Of a stretch of DNA of 40,364 bases, positions 1 through 9,957 are shown piece after piece. The stretch comes from a virus (lineage: Duplodnaviria; Heunggongvirae; Uroviricota; Caudoviricetes): the IMG/VR virus record IMGVR_UViG_2563366860_000007, positions 1 through 40,364 of that record; one strand, written 5' to 3'. Position 1 is the stretch's first letter. Each line of letters opens with the position of its first letter. The notes beneath the pieces are model-generated. The model searched no databases. It had not been told where the DNA came from and saw only the letters and a program-made list of their open reading frames with translations. Both the position numbers and the translations under genes were made by a program.

Positions 1-249
1 ATGCGTATTGAAATCTGCATAGCCAAAGAAAAAATGACTAAAATGCCAACCGGTGCTGTGGATGCGTTAAAGGAAGAATTAACCCGACGCATCAGTAAGC
101 GTTATGACGATGTAGAAGTGATCGTAAAAGCCACCAGCAATGATGGGCTTTCTGTTACACGCACAGCAGATAAGGATTCTGCAAAAACATTTGTTCAGGA
201 GACTCTGAAAGATACCTGGGAGTCTGCTGACGAGTGGTTTGTTCACTAA
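1..249 (+). CDS. DinI-like protein (DNA damage-inducible protein I family), complete 82 aa
   Basis: Translation MRIE...[11 protein letters not shown] matches by recall the E. coli DinI pattern (MRIE start, ETWESAD-WFV C-terminus); opposite strand to the tail genes, so moron-like. Confidence 0.7.
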   Translation: MRIEICIAKEKMTKMPTGAVDALKEELTRRISKRYDDVEVIVKATSNDGLSVTRTADKDSAKTFVQETLKDTWESADEWFVH

Positions 250-317
250 TAAACACGTAAAATCGGTAACGGCTGGAAATCATTCAATACTCGCACTATC
301 GAAAGTTAACCAGCCAA

Positions 318-355
318 CCGCAGTATCCTGTCATGACAAGTTACTGCGGCTTTTT
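318..355 (+). terminator. Putative rho-independent terminator after dinI-like gene
   Basis: Inverted repeat CCGCAGTA...TTACTGCGG followed by a T-run (CTTTTTAC) on the plus strand. Confidence 0.4.
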
Positions 356-366
356 ACTTTTTATAT

Positions 367-654
367 TTAACGGATCAACATCCAGATCAGCAGACACGCC
401 ACCACCGGCACAGCAAAATCCATCAGGCTTGCCACATCCCACGCGCGTGGATCAAAACCGCCCCACCACGGCATGTTAATCCGCTTGCCATGCCCGAACA
501 TTTCAATCCAGCGATATTCTGCCTGGGTGTGTTCACGCGCAATGAAGAACGTACAACCGGCTATCGCCCCGTAAGCCCAGTTTCCGGTAAAAAGACCAGC
601 CAGTACCTGCACCGCCACGGCACAAAGCGCATGAAGTATCGACGTGATATCCAT
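367..654 (-). CDS. Hypothetical small membrane protein (95 aa)
   Basis: ATG start confirmed at 652-654; translation has two or three hydrophobic stretches (LHALCAVAVQVLAGLF, AVPVVACLLIWMLI); last gene of the minus-strand tail operon. Confidence 0.45.
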   Translation of the reverse strand: MDITSILHALCAVAVQVLAGLFTGNWAYGAIAGCTFFIAREHTQAEYRWIEMFGHGKRINMPWWGGFDPRAWDVASLMDFAVPVVACLLIWMLIR

Positions 655-663
655 CTGCTATCC

Positions 664-942
664 TTAAAACCACTCCCTGAGCGGGCGCTCTGGTGTAACC
701 ACCCACTCACGGAACACGGAATCATCAAATCCATCGTCAAGAAGACGGATATTAACAAAGTACCCTTCGTTTCGCGTGTATTCTGGTTCTCCGTCATCAG
801 AAACATCTGTCTCCCTGAACGTAAAACCAATCTCATCAACCAGAACGGCATTCTGCAGCTCTTCGTCCTCTTCCCAGTTAAGTTTCCTGAGAAATGCCCT
901 GAAATCTGCTTTATCACTGAAACGCAACGTGAAATCTCTCAC
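664..942 (-). CDS. Hypothetical acidic protein (92 aa) in the tfa position, coupled to the tail fibre gene
   Basis: GTG start overlaps the stf stop (GTGA); Asp/Glu-rich; no resemblance to lambda Tfa that I can recall. Confidence 0.4.
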   Translation of the reverse strand: MRDFTLRFSDKADFRAFLRKLNWEEDEELQNAVLVDEIGFTFRETDVSDDGEPEYTRNEGYFVNIRLLDDGFDDSVFREWVVTPERPLREWF

Positions 943-3002
943 TTCACAACCTCCCCAAGCTGCGCATCTGTTAGCTCTTTATGCCAGAGACGAAAATTCC
1001 TCACATGCCCAAATAAATGGCGTAATCCTGCTGTAGTTTGTCCACCAATGCGAATGGTTGCTGTACTCCGGATATATTCCCATGTGGTTTTTGTTTCGCT
1101 GGATATACGCCCGTTACTTACTGCACATGTAGACCGTTCGGACTTTACCCGCATACCAATAAGCATTTTTTTCAGCCCGGCATTTTCATTTATTCGTCGG
1201 TCTGAACCACCTATATCGCAATACGGAAAACCGTCGTACCCACCTGATGAACCAAACCCCATTACGATCCCCGCTCCGGTTTGATGACCGCCGGTATCAA
1301 AAACACGCGGCGCTGCATTTGGCGTTTTATACCAGTTCTTATGTACCTCACAAAGAACCGTAAAAGGAAGATTATAAAGATTATTATTAATTGGAACTGT
1401 AACTATATCGCTTGCGCGGGTAGCCGCCGTCGTTCCTGAGATAATAAAAGATGATGCACACGAACCATCCTCAACCTGAGGGGTGGCCAGATAAATATAG
1501 TCTCCAGATACGGTTGCTCCGCCCTGATTAGGAGAATACTGTATCTGAGATCCTATTTTTAACTCATCATCAATTGCCAGGATTGTTGCCTCTGCAAAAA
1601 TCCATCCGGTAGCTTCGTCCTTTCTGACTCTCGCTGTAACCCTTGAGTCCGCGCCACCTGTCATATTAATTTCAAGCGTTTGTGTATCAATATATGCATC
1701 ACCAAGAAAAGTTGTTGCACTACCGTCATATTTATCAAAGCGGATACGCAACCCTACCTGTCGTTCTGTTTTAAAACGACATGAGGTTGTCACGTACTTG
1801 TTATCGCCTGAAACATCAACTGACTTTGTAGCAGCAATTGATGCCATATTAATGGCTGACGTTTTCCCAATCAGAGAATCGTTACAAACAAACTTTCCAT
1901 AAGTAAAACCAAAACTATCAGTTCCAACCTCAGCGACATTCATATTTGCAGATTTACCCCAAGAAGCTGGAGTTGCTGAATTCAACATGTAGTTGGTTCG
2001 CTGACCTTCAATCAATAAACCTTCTTTTTCAAATCGTGGCTCATTAATTTCCGCCGTTTTCAGTTCGCCAGATTTATTGATATATGTTGCCGTTGATGCG
2101 CGACTGAAATTAACCTGTTTATCACTGGCAACCTGAACCACATTATCACCAATCTTCACTTTTTTATAACCCGGAGAATAGCCCGTAATCATATCCAGCG
2201 AATCATTAAAGGGTATCCACACATCCGGCAGCGGCTGTAAAACATATCTGTACGGCTCTGCTGTCTGGTTTGCGTATTCTCTGGCAGCATCTTCACTTGC
2301 TTTTGCTGCCGTCTGGCTTGCTGCCGATGCTTTCGCCGAGTTCGCCGCCGCTGTTTCGCTCACCTTTGCGTTGGCTTCACTGTCTTTGGCATTCGTCTCA
2401 CTGGTTTTCGCTGCCGTCTGGCTGGATTTTGCGTTTTTTTCGCTGGCCTTTGTGGCTGTCTCGCTATTTTTCGCGTTGGTTTCTGATTTTTTGGCTGCTG
2501 TCGCGGAGTTTGCCGATGCAGTCTGCGAGGCCGCTGCCGCCTGTGCGCTGTTAGCTGCATTCGTTTCTGAGGTTTTCGCCGCGTTCTTCGATGATGCCGC
2601 GGCAGTTTCGGATTTCTTTGCTGCCGCTGCGCTCTGTGATGATGCTCCGGCATGACGTGCCACTTCATTCACCATCAGCTCAAAACGGCGCAGTGCCTCC
2701 GGACGAACATCATCCTCCGTCATGGCGCCGAGAAAATCATTCAGCGTACCTGGTCTGGAACCTTCATAGACGGTAATGGTCCCGGCATGTGAAGGCGGAA
2801 AACCTTCAACCAGCAGGGTGACGCTGTACTGGCCATACTCAACATCCATGCTGTAACGCCCGGCTTCATCCGGATTTTCAGAGGCCACCGTGTTCACCAC
2901 CACCGTGCTGCTGGTCCGTCTGGCCTTCAGCACAATGGTGCAGTTCTGTACTGGTTTTCCTGTGCCATCTTTCAGCACACCTGAGATTTTTACTGCTGCC
3001 AT
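939..3002 (-). CDS. stf: Side tail fibre protein (lambda Stf-like N-terminus, collagen-like repeats, divergent C-terminal domain)
   Basis: N-terminus MAAVKISGVLKDGTGKPVQNCTI...GRYSMDVEYGQYSV closely matches recalled lambda Stf; Ala/Ser/Thr/Lys-rich repeats (KKSETNAKNSETA...) follow; ATG at 3000-3002 has a GGAG 6 nt upstream (the track start at 3008 is GTG). Confidence 0.85.
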   Translation of the reverse strand: MAAVKISGVLKDGTGKPVQNCTIVLKARRTSSTVVVNTVASENPDEAGRYSMDVEYGQYSVTLLVEGFPPSHAGTITVYEGSRPGTLNDFLGAMTEDDVRPEALRRFELMVNEVARHAGASSQSAAAAKKSETAAASSKNAAKTSETNAANSAQAAAASQTASANSATAAKKSETNAKNSETATKASEKNAKSSQTAAKTSETNAKDSEANAKVSETAAANSAKASAASQTAAKASEDAAREYANQTAEPYRYVLQPLPDVWIPFNDSLDMITGYSPGYKKVKIGDNVVQVASDKQVNFSRASTATYINKSGELKTAEINEPRFEKEGLLIEGQRTNYMLNSATPASWGKSANMNVAEVGTDSFGFTYGKFVCNDSLIGKTSAINMASIAATKSVDVSGDNKYVTTSCRFKTERQVGLRIRFDKYDGSATTFLGDAYIDTQTLEINMTGGADSRVTARVRKDEATGWIFAEATILAIDDELKIGSQIQYSPNQGGATVSGDYIYLATPQVEDGSCASSFIISGTTAATRASDIVTVPINNNLYNLPFTVLCEVHKNWYKTPNAAPRVFDTGGHQTGAGIVMGFGSSGGYDGFPYCDIGGSDRRINENAGLKKMLIGMRVKSERSTCAVSNGRISSETKTTWEYIRSTATIRIGGQTTAGLRHLFGHVRNFRLWHKELTDAQLGEVVK
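2270..2660 (-). repeat. Tandem collagen-like coding repeats inside stf
   Basis: Repeated DNA units of the form GCTGCCGTCTGGCT / TTCGC...GCCTTTG visible by eye; they also create long spurious ORFs in other frames. Confidence 0.6.
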
Positions 3003-3013
3003 ATCCACTCCAT

Positions 3014-3040
3014 AAAAAAGCCCGCCTGAACCGGCGGGCT
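3014..3040 (-). terminator. Putative rho-independent terminator downstream of lom
   Basis: Plus strand AAAAAA then GCCCGCC-TGAACC-GGCGGGC; on the minus strand this is a stem followed by a U-run, between the lom stop and stf start. Confidence 0.5.
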
Positions 3041-3066
3041 GTCATAACACTGTGTTACCTGGCTAA

Positions 3067-3666
3067 TCAGAACTTATAACCGACACCCACGATGAAACTG
3101 TTGGTACGCCAGTCACCGCTGCCGGAGCCTTCATAAGCGACATCAATGGCCACGGATTCGGTCGGGTTAAACTGCACGCCAGCTCCCCACGCCAGAGACG
3201 TGTTGCTGTGGCGACCGTCATCACTTCCGGTCAGCACATCGTGCTTTTTCCCCTTGTTGTCAGTTACGCGGAGATAATCCCCGGAGAAAGTCGACACACG
3301 GCTGTAAGCCACACCCGCCATCGCATACGCGCTGAACCATTCATTCACGCGTACAGACGGCCCCGCCATCACGCTGAACCAGCGGTTACGCACGGAATCT
3401 TCATGCCAGCGGGTATCGCTGTAGTGCGTTTTTTGCTCATCCTCAGCATTGGCATAACTGAAGGACGTAATCAGCCCCAGCGCGTCCGTAAACTCATAAC
3501 GGTATTTCACGTTAATCCCGTTCAGATTATCGCTGCCGGGAGCGTTCGTACGGGCATGAAGATACCCCGCGCTCAGTGTGGACTGATGTTCAGACGCCCA
3601 TGCAGGCGCACCGGATACGGACAGACAGATGGCTGCGGACAAAATGGCTGCACATAATTTACGCAT
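3067..3666 (-). CDS. lom: Outer membrane protein Lom (Ail/Lom family)
   Basis: Signal peptide MRKLCAAILSAAICLSVSGAPAWA and C-terminal VGVGYKF beta-barrel ending; sits between J and stf as in lambda. Confidence 0.85.
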   Translation of the reverse strand: MRKLCAAILSAAICLSVSGAPAWASEHQSTLSAGYLHARTNAPGSDNLNGINVKYRYEFTDALGLITSFSYANAEDEQKTHYSDTRWHEDSVRNRWFSVMAGPSVRVNEWFSAYAMAGVAYSRVSTFSGDYLRVTDNKGKKHDVLTGSDDGRHSNTSLAWGAGVQFNPTESVAIDVAYEGSGSGDWRTNSFIVGVGYKF

Positions 3667-3690
3667 AATTACCTCTCGCTTTTCTGCAAT

Positions 3691-3714
3691 AAAAAAGGCG
3701 CCATTTCTGGCGCC
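3691..3714 (-). terminator. Putative rho-independent terminator downstream of J
   Basis: Plus strand AAAAAA then GGCGCCATTTCTGGCGCC (perfect hairpin); stem then U-run on the minus strand, between the J stop and lom start. Confidence 0.5.
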
Positions 3715-3733
3715 CGTATATGGGTTATAAAAT

Positions 3734-6700
3734 TCAGCTAATCGTGATGCCTGCAGTGGCTTTCTTCATCACAACAACCAGCAAATCGCTGATACTTGCT
3801 GTGGGATACCAGCCATTTACCCACCATGCTGATACAGAAAACTCCAGCGTCATGTCGCCGCGACCAGCAGGCATATTAATAACACCACTGTAAACCAGCG
3901 TATTATCCAGCGCGGTACGGTTATAAATTTCAGCACCGTTTTTCTTCACTATCAGGCGGCATGACGAATAAGTATCGCTGTTCTCCTGCTCATGTCTGGC
4001 ACCGCTGAAAGCCACCGCCGGAATAACAATCTGCCGGTTAAACGGCTGATCGTCATAAACCCTGACGGTAATGGTTCCTGATGGCCAACGCTTCGGTGCA
4101 CGGGAGTCACGAGGGAAAGCCTTACCCACTGTTTTAACGAGATCGCCTTCAATCTGGTTTGCAGACAGTTTCCCTCTGATGACACAGTTCTCGTTAATGG
4201 TGACATTATTGAGCGTGCCGGTATTCGCCGTGATGGCTCCACTGATATCCGCATTGCGGGCTGTCAGCCTGCCATCCGGCGTCAGGGAAAACGTCGGAGG
4301 ATTGCCGGATGACGTGATGCTCACCGCAAACAGTCGCTTCAGGAACACGTCGTTCATGAACAGCTGATTCCCCTGCGCCACAAATAACGGCGTGGTGTTA
4401 CCGTTCTCCGGAGTAATCATCGCAATGCGATCGGCCTGCAGCAGAATGTTACTCAGCGTCTGACCATCGACATCCTCGATCCCCGCGCCAATCCCGGCCA
4501 CATAGGGAATACCGTTTTTTGTTTTCTGCACCTTCAGCATATACATGGCATTCAGCTCATTGCGCGTGTCTGACTGAACCCGCTGGATTTGCTGTATGGT
4601 CACGGCCTGGTCACCCAGCTTTTTATCCGTGGTCGAGGCAATTTCACTCCCTTTTTCATCCACGTACTGACGGACCTGTGCTATCTGCCGGGCGTTTTCT
4701 GACTGGCCCTGGCTGACTGTCTGCTTGATTTCACTTTGCTTTTTGTCCACGTACTGGCGGACCTGTGCTATCTGTCGGGTATTTTCCTCACTGCTCTGAC
4801 TGACCGTCTGTGAGATTTCACTGCTGACACGGTCCACTTTCTGACTCACCTGCGCGATGGCCAGCGTCTGATCCTCATTCTTTTTCGCAACCAGCTGCGT
4901 GAGGCTGTTTTCCGCCTCCCCGATTTTCCGGGTCACTTCCGCAATATCCGTGTCCATCCGCTGGCGGATGTCTTCTTCCAGTTGTCCGATATTCTCTTCC
5001 AGTTGAGTGACATCCGATCGCAGGGCTGACGCATCAATGCGCTTTTTCAGTGCCTGCCCCAGCAGCGTCTCATCTATCAGACCACGGAAAAATTCCAGAT
5101 ACCCTTTTGCATCATTGCTGGCCTGCCCGCTGGCTTCCACAAATGCAGACTTGCCCACCAGGTTGACACTGCGCACATAAAACCAGAAATCCATCCCCGG
5201 CTTAATCCGATCGCCCTGGACAGTCCACTGACTGCCGGTCCCCAGATAACGGGCAGATTTTTCCACCTGTGCCGTGTTCGTGATGCGTTTTTCTGAGAAC
5301 CAGAATTCAAACTGTACCGTCGGGTCATACACCGCAAGACGCGGGACCGCCGTTATCTGAAAATACCCCGGCGTCAGCTCAATCCGCGATGGCGCTGCCG
5401 GTGCGGCAATCCGGAACGATACCGACGCCGGATCGCCCTGCTGTCCCCACGCATTTACCGCCCGGACTGTCAGCCTGTAGTTCCCCAGAGCCAGTTGTGT
5501 GAAGCGGTATGTGGTTTCCGTCGTCCTGGCCGTGCTGACCAGCCGCTCACTGCCATCGTCCGCTGCCACGGTCAGGCGAAGCAGGAAGCTCACGCCCTTC
5601 ACCACCTTCGGCGTGTCCCAGCGCGCCAGCACCTGATATTCCCCGCTGTCTGCAGTGACTTCGGCGGTCAGATGCTGCACTGCTGGCGGCGTGACACCAT
5701 TCACCGTGCCGCTCTGGTCACCGTCAAAGTGCGCCCCGTTATCCACGATGGCTTCTTTTTCCGGTACATGCTGCACGGCGGTGATGGCATACGTGCCGTC
5801 ATCGTTCTCACGGATACTCACGCAGCGGAACAGGCGCTGGCGCAGCGTCGGCAGCTTCAGCCCCCACACGCTGTATCCGGCAACGCCGTCAGGAACACGG
5901 CTCACTTTTACCTTCACGCCGTCGGTGACGGACTGGACCTCCACGCTGACCGGATTACCACTTCCGTCAACCAGGCTTATCAGCGTGGTACCGGAGGATG
6001 GCAGCGTGATTTCACGGTCGAGCGTCAGTGTCCGCGTCTGGCTGTTCACCGCCAGCACGCGCCCGCCGGTGCTGATACCCGCATAGTCATCATCACAGAT
6101 TTCAATAACATCGCCCGGTACATGGCGAAGCCCTTCTGCGCCCACGCTGAAGTCCACGGTCTGCGTTTCCAGCAGCTCCGTTTTAATCAGCCACAGCCCG
6201 GCGCGGTGTGCCTGCCCCCGGCTGGTACAGCCAAAGGCATCCATCTTCGTGACATTACGACCGTAACGGGCAATGGCCCGCGTGTCCTCCACAAGCTCTG
6301 TCGCCGTCTCCCAGCCGTTATCCGGATCAATCCAGTTCACCTCAACGGCATTATGACGGTCCTTCAGGGCGCTGAAGCTGTAGCGGAACGGCGCGCCATC
6401 ATCCGGCATCACCACATTACTGCGGTTGTAGGTCCACACCTTATCTGACGGTCGGTCCTGCACGAACGTCAGCGTCTGCCCGTTCCATACCGGCATACAG
6501 CGCATCGCCGAGCAGAAATCACTGAGCACATCCCACGCCTTACGCTGTGTGGTCAGGTACGCATTACAGGTGATGCGCGGCTCCGTACCGCCAAAACCGT
6601 CCGGCACCGACTGGTCGCAATACTGGCCGATGACATACAGCGCCCATTTATCCACATCCGCCGCACCAAGACGTTTCCCCATGCCGTAGCGCGGGTGGGT

Positions 6701-7540
6701 CAGCATATCCCACAGACACCATGCCATGTTGTTGCTGTATGCTGGCTTAAACGTTCCGTCCCAGATACCGCTGTATTGCCGCGTCTGCGGGTTATAGTTC
6801 GACGGCACCTGCAGAATGCGCCCGCGCAGATGATAATTACGGCTCACCTGCTGGCTGCCGAACTGCTCCGAGTCCACCTGCACGCCGACCAGTGCCGTGT
6901 TCGGGTAGCACTGTTTCACATCGATAATTTCGGTGTATGACGACCAGAGCGTTTTGTTCTGCAGCTGGTCTGTGGTGCTGTCCGGCGTCATCCTGCGCAT
7001 CCGGATATTAAACGGGCGCGGCGGCAGGTTACCCACCACCACCGAGGCCAGATACTGTGAGGTGGTTTTGCCTTTAATGGTGATGTCTTTTTCCGTCACC
7101 CAGCCACCGTTACGTTGTATCTGAACCAGCAGGCGGACTTCCGACGGATTCCTGTCTCCCTTTGAGGTGGTTTCCACCAGTGCCTGTACACCGAAGGTAA
7201 AGCGCAGACGGTCGATGTTTGCCGACGTGATGGTCCGGGTGATCGGCGTTTCATATTTCACTTCCGTACCGAGCACCGTCTCGGAACCGGAGGATTCAAA
7301 TCCCTCCGGCGGTGACTGCTCCTGCTCACCTGCCCGGAACACCACCGTGACGCCGGAGATATTGGTATTCCCCTCACTGTCCAGCACCGGCGTACTGTTC
7401 AGCAGCACACTTTTTAATCCATCCACCGGACCTTCAATCGGCCCTTCGCTGATGGCATCAATCGCACTCAACAGCTGCGTGGATTTCAGGTTATCTTTCG
7501 CTTCGCGCGGGGTATGCCCCTTACTGCTGCCTTTACCCAT
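3734..7540 (-). CDS. J: Host specificity protein J (central tail fibre / tail tip), 1268 aa
   Basis: N-terminal ~1000 aa match recalled lambda J ([24 protein letters not shown]...); C-terminal part carries a coiled-coil repeat insertion and a divergent receptor-binding end. Confidence 0.9.
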   Translation of the reverse strand: MGKGSSKGHTPREAKDNLKSTQLLSAIDAISEGPIEGPVDGLKSVLLNSTPVLDSEGNTNISGVTVVFRAGEQEQSPPEGFESSGSETVLGTEVKYETPITRTITSANIDRLRFTFGVQALVETTSKGDRNPSEVRLLVQIQRNGGWVTEKDITIKGKTTSQYLASVVVGNLPPRPFNIRMRRMTPDSTTDQLQNKTLWSSYTEIIDVKQCYPNTALVGVQVDSEQFGSQQVSRNYHLRGRILQVPSNYNPQTRQYSGIWDGTFKPAYSNNMAWCLWDMLTHPRYGMGKRLGAADVDKWALYVIGQYCDQSVPDGFGGTEPRITCNAYLTTQRKAWDVLSDFCSAMRCMPVWNGQTLTFVQDRPSDKVWTYNRSNVVMPDDGAPFRYSFSALKDRHNAVEVNWIDPDNGWETATELVEDTRAIARYGRNVTKMDAFGCTSRGQAHRAGLWLIKTELLETQTVDFSVGAEGLRHVPGDVIEICDDDYAGISTGGRVLAVNSQTRTLTLDREITLPSSGTTLISLVDGSGNPVSVEVQSVTDGVKVKVSRVPDGVAGYSVWGLKLPTLRQRLFRCVSIRENDDGTYAITAVQHVPEKEAIVDNGAHFDGDQSGTVNGVTPPAVQHLTAEVTADSGEYQVLARWDTPKVVKGVSFLLRLTVAADDGSERLVSTARTTETTYRFTQLALGNYRLTVRAVNAWGQQGDPASVSFRIAAPAAPSRIELTPGYFQITAVPRLAVYDPTVQFEFWFSEKRITNTAQVEKSARYLGTGSQWTVQGDRIKPGMDFWFYVRSVNLVGKSAFVEASGQASNDAKGYLEFFRGLIDETLLGQALKKRIDASALRSDVTQLEENIGQLEEDIRQRMDTDIAEVTRKIGEAENSLTQLVAKKNEDQTLAIAQVSQKVDRVSSEISQTVSQSSEENTRQIAQVRQYVDKKQSEIKQTVSQGQSENARQIAQVRQYVDEKGSEIASTTDKKLGDQAVTIQQIQRVQSDTRNELNAMYMLKVQKTKNGIPYVAGIGAGIEDVDGQTLSNILLQADRIAMITPENGNTTPLFVAQGNQLFMNDVFLKRLFAVSITSSGNPPTFSLTPDGRLTARNADISGAITANTGTLNNVTINENCVIRGKLSANQIEGDLVKTVGKAFPRDSRAPKRWPSGTITVRVYDDQPFNRQIVIPAVAFSGARHEQENSDTYSSCRLIVKKNGAEIYNRTALDNTLVYSGVINMPAGRGDMTLEFSVSAWWVNGWYPTASISDLLVVVMKKATAGITIS
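4641..4900 (-). repeat. About three tandem ~87-bp repeats inside J encoding a repeated coiled-coil segment
   Basis: Near-identical DNA units begin at about 4641, 4728 and 4812 (ATTTCAC...CACGTACTG.CGGACCTGTGCTATCTG); the protein shows ...[13 protein letters not shown]... then ...[13 protein letters not shown]... Confidence 0.6.
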
Positions 7541-7600
7541 TCGTCATGCTCCATAAACGACAAAACCGCCCGGAGGCGGTTTCACATAAAACATTTTGCA

Positions 7601-8272
7601 TCAGCGACCAATCACCACAACCTGACCACCGTCCCCTTCGTCTGCCGTGCTGATCTCCTGAGAAACCACCCGCGACCCCACACGCATTTCACCGTACAGA
7701 ACAGGCAGAACATTGCCCTGAGCAACCATGTTATCCAGTGAGGAAAAATAGGTGTTCTGTTTGCCGTTATCCGTTGTCTGTGTACGGGGAGTTCTGGCTT
7801 TCGGTGCCAGCATCTGCGCCACACCACCGAGCACCATACTGGCACCGAGAGAAAACAGGATGCCGGTCATACCACCGGCCCCAATGGCTGCCCCCCATGC
7901 TGCAAGGGTGGCTCCGGCAGTAAAGAATGATCCGGCAATGGCGGCAGCTCCCAGGACAATCTGGAATACACCACCTGACTTGGCCCCGGCGACTCTGGGA
8001 ACAATATGAATCACAGCGCCATCAGGCAGAGTCTCATGTAACTGCGCCGTTAATCCGGACGTGCTGACATCCCGCCCGGCAATCCGTACCTGATACCAGC
8101 CGTCGCTCAGTTTCTGACGAAACGCCGGGAGCTGTGTGGCCAGCGCCCGGATAGCTTCAGCCCCCGTTTTCACACGAAGATCGATGCGGCGGCCAAATCG
8201 TTGCAAATCCCCGTAAAGGCAGATGCGTGCCATGCCCGGTGACGCCAGAGGGAGTGTGTGCGTCGCTGCCAT
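7601..8272 (-). CDS. I: Tail assembly protein I
   Basis: 223 aa; MAATHTLPLASPGMARICLYGDLQRFGRRIDLRV matches recalled lambda gpI. Confidence 0.85.
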   Translation of the reverse strand: MAATHTLPLASPGMARICLYGDLQRFGRRIDLRVKTGAEAIRALATQLPAFRQKLSDGWYQVRIAGRDVSTSGLTAQLHETLPDGAVIHIVPRVAGAKSGGVFQIVLGAAAIAGSFFTAGATLAAWGAAIGAGGMTGILFSLGASMVLGGVAQMLAPKARTPRTQTTDNGKQNTYFSSLDNMVAQGNVLPVLYGEMRVGSRVVSQEISTADEGDGGQVVVIGR

Positions 8273-8913
8273 TTGTCGGTATACCTCTCTCGTTTGCTCA
8301 GTTGTTCAGGAATATGGTGCAGCAGCTCGCCATCACCACAGTAAATGGCGGCATGATTCGGCACCGATGAACCAAAACAGCACAGCAGCACATCGCCCGG
8401 TTGTGCTGATGACAACGGCACCTGATACAGCCCTGTGGCCTCCAGATTATCCAGATAGAGATTCTGACCGTGACGCCACCAGTCATCCTCGCGATGAAAA
8501 TCCGGCATCTCAATCCCCGCCAGATGATAAGCATCCCGGAACAGCGTGTAACAGTCCGTCACCCCGTGCTCAAAGCGCCGCCCGGTGAGATGCGGCACAC
8601 AGCGGAACTTATGAATCGTCCCCCGGCAGACCAGCCACCACGGCAAATCACTCTGCACCTGCAGCCGCCGGTCGGCCTCACTCAGCCAGGGCAGACCACC
8701 GGGGTGGCTGTGGACCAGCGCCACAATCTCACCCTGCATTTCTGCCTGCAGCCAGTCTTCCGGCGACATACGGAAATACGCCTCCGGCTCACCGGAGATA
8801 TTCACGCAGGGAAAATATCTTTCCCCCTCCGGCGTTCTCACTACGAAGCCGCACGACTCCGCTGGCGCACATCGCCGGGCGTGCGCCAGAATCGCTGATT
8901 CTGTCTCTGTCAT
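8170..8913 (-). CDS. K: Tail tip assembly protein K (MPN/JAMM plus NlpC/P60-like domains)
   Basis: JAMM motif HSHPGG...SEAD and a Cys-containing NlpC/P60-like region; ATG at 8911-8913 (MTETES...) gives 247 aa, the lambda-style annotated start (MSPEDW, 8769) gives 199 aa; its 3' end overlaps gene I by about 100 nt as in lambda. Confidence 0.75.
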   Translation of the reverse strand: MTETESAILAHARRCAPAESCGFVVRTPEGERYFPCVNISGEPEAYFRMSPEDWLQAEMQGEIVALVHSHPGGLPWLSEADRRLQVQSDLPWWLVCRGTIHKFRCVPHLTGRRFEHGVTDCYTLFRDAYHLAGIEMPDFHREDDWWRHGQNLYLDNLEATGLYQVPLSSAQPGDVLLCCFGSSVPNHAAIYCGDGELLHHIPEQLSKRERYTDKWQRRTHSLWRHRAWHASAFTGICNDLAAASIFV

Positions 8914-8917
8914 GGGA

Positions 8918-9616
8918 TTACTGCGAAAGTTTGTTAATAGAAAGGAAGCCGCCAAAGTTGCCGACATTATTGCGAAACTTACAACCACTCAGGCATTTGC
9001 TGCATTTATCCTTCGTGATATCGGACGTCGGCTGGTCATATTCATCCGCGACCGCCGGACCGTGATAACCGCACTCATCACCGCGATAGGTCCAGGTGCA
9101 GGTGTTGGCCAGCATGATACGCCCCGGAAAAACAGCGCCATCCGTTTCCGTCGGCGTGGACAGTACAAAAGAGGCACTCACCGCGCTCAGTTCGCTGCAC
9201 TGCTCGATGCGCCAGCGGCTGATCACCTCCTGCTCCGGATCGGCGTCACTGTTTCCGTTGACGAAGTTCACCGCATCCAGAAAACGGGCGTAAACCTTAC
9301 GCCGGACCACCGTTCCGCCGACCAGACTCTGCAGATCTTCCGCCATCCCGGTGACCATACCGTACAGGTTAGAAACCGTCAGCGTGGGGCGCGTACTGGT
9401 GCCTTTGCCATTCAGTTCGAAACCACTCCCCTGAATGGGATATGCCTGATACTGTCGCCCCTGCCAGGTGACCGGCTCACCTTTTTCGTTCTGCTCATTA
9501 CAGAAAAAATAACGTTCTCCACCAACCTCTGTCAGATCGATTTCCCAGAGCACCACGCTGGCAGACTGCTCCGCACGGGTGCATTCATTCAGTGTTTCCT
9601 GTCGGATATCCTGCAT
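8918..9616 (-). CDS. L: Minor tail protein L
   Basis: 232 aa; MQDIRQETLNECTRAEQSASVVLWEIDLTEVGGERYFFCNE matches recalled lambda gpL, including the C-terminal Cys cluster. Confidence 0.9.
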   Translation of the reverse strand: MQDIRQETLNECTRAEQSASVVLWEIDLTEVGGERYFFCNEQNEKGEPVTWQGRQYQAYPIQGSGFELNGKGTSTRPTLTVSNLYGMVTGMAEDLQSLVGGTVVRRKVYARFLDAVNFVNGNSDADPEQEVISRWRIEQCSELSAVSASFVLSTPTETDGAVFPGRIMLANTCTWTYRGDECGYHGPAVADEYDQPTSDITKDKCSKCLSGCKFRNNVGNFGGFLSINKLSQ

Positions 9617-9957
9617 CAGTTCACCACCTGCTCAATCGTACAGCTGAAATCACTGTACCGGGCGTTATCCGTGACGCTCCACTCCCGACACACCACCCTC
9701 ACCGTCCGGTTATGTTTCGGCGGTCGCCACAAAAAGGCACGGTAACCACCATGCCAGGATAAAAATTCATCCAGCCAGCGCCGGGTTGACTCATCCGTCA
9801 CCCGGAACACCGCCTGAAACGTCTTCAGTTGAGGATTCAGTCCTGTGGGGCGGCGCTGTTCATAACCGTCACCAAACCGAACCCTCACCACCGACGGTTT
9901 CTCACTCACCTGCATCCCTTCACGCGGGACCAGATGCAGCGTTTTTATCTCAGCCAC
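9616..9957 (-). CDS. M: Minor tail protein M
   Basis: 113 aa, lambda gpM-like; overlaps the H stop and L start. Confidence 0.8.
   Translation of the reverse strand: MAEIKTLHLVPREGMQVSEKPSVVRVRFGDGYEQRRPTGLNPQLKTFQAVFRVTDESTRRWLDEFLSWHGGYRAFLWRPPKHNRTVRVVCREWSVTDNARYSDFSCTIEQVVN

Noticed and set aside
490-1284. 264-aa plus-strand ORF
   Set aside because: Overlaps three minus-strand genes (367..654, 664..942, stf 3' end) and has low-complexity composition; spurious.
2360-2668. Arg/Pro/Gln-rich 102-aa ORF and other ORFs at 2270..2776
   Set aside because: Alternative-frame readings of the collagen-like repeat DNA inside stf; artefacts of repetitive sequence.
3208-3657. 149-aa plus-strand ORF
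   Set aside because: Antisense to lom, which has a clear signal peptide and beta-barrel features.
5495-6448. 317-aa plus-strand ORF and other ORFs inside 3952..7556
   Set aside because: All lie within or antisense to the J gene, whose translation is near-identical to lambda J.
8912-9745. 277-aa plus-strand ORF
   Set aside because: Antisense to the L and M genes.
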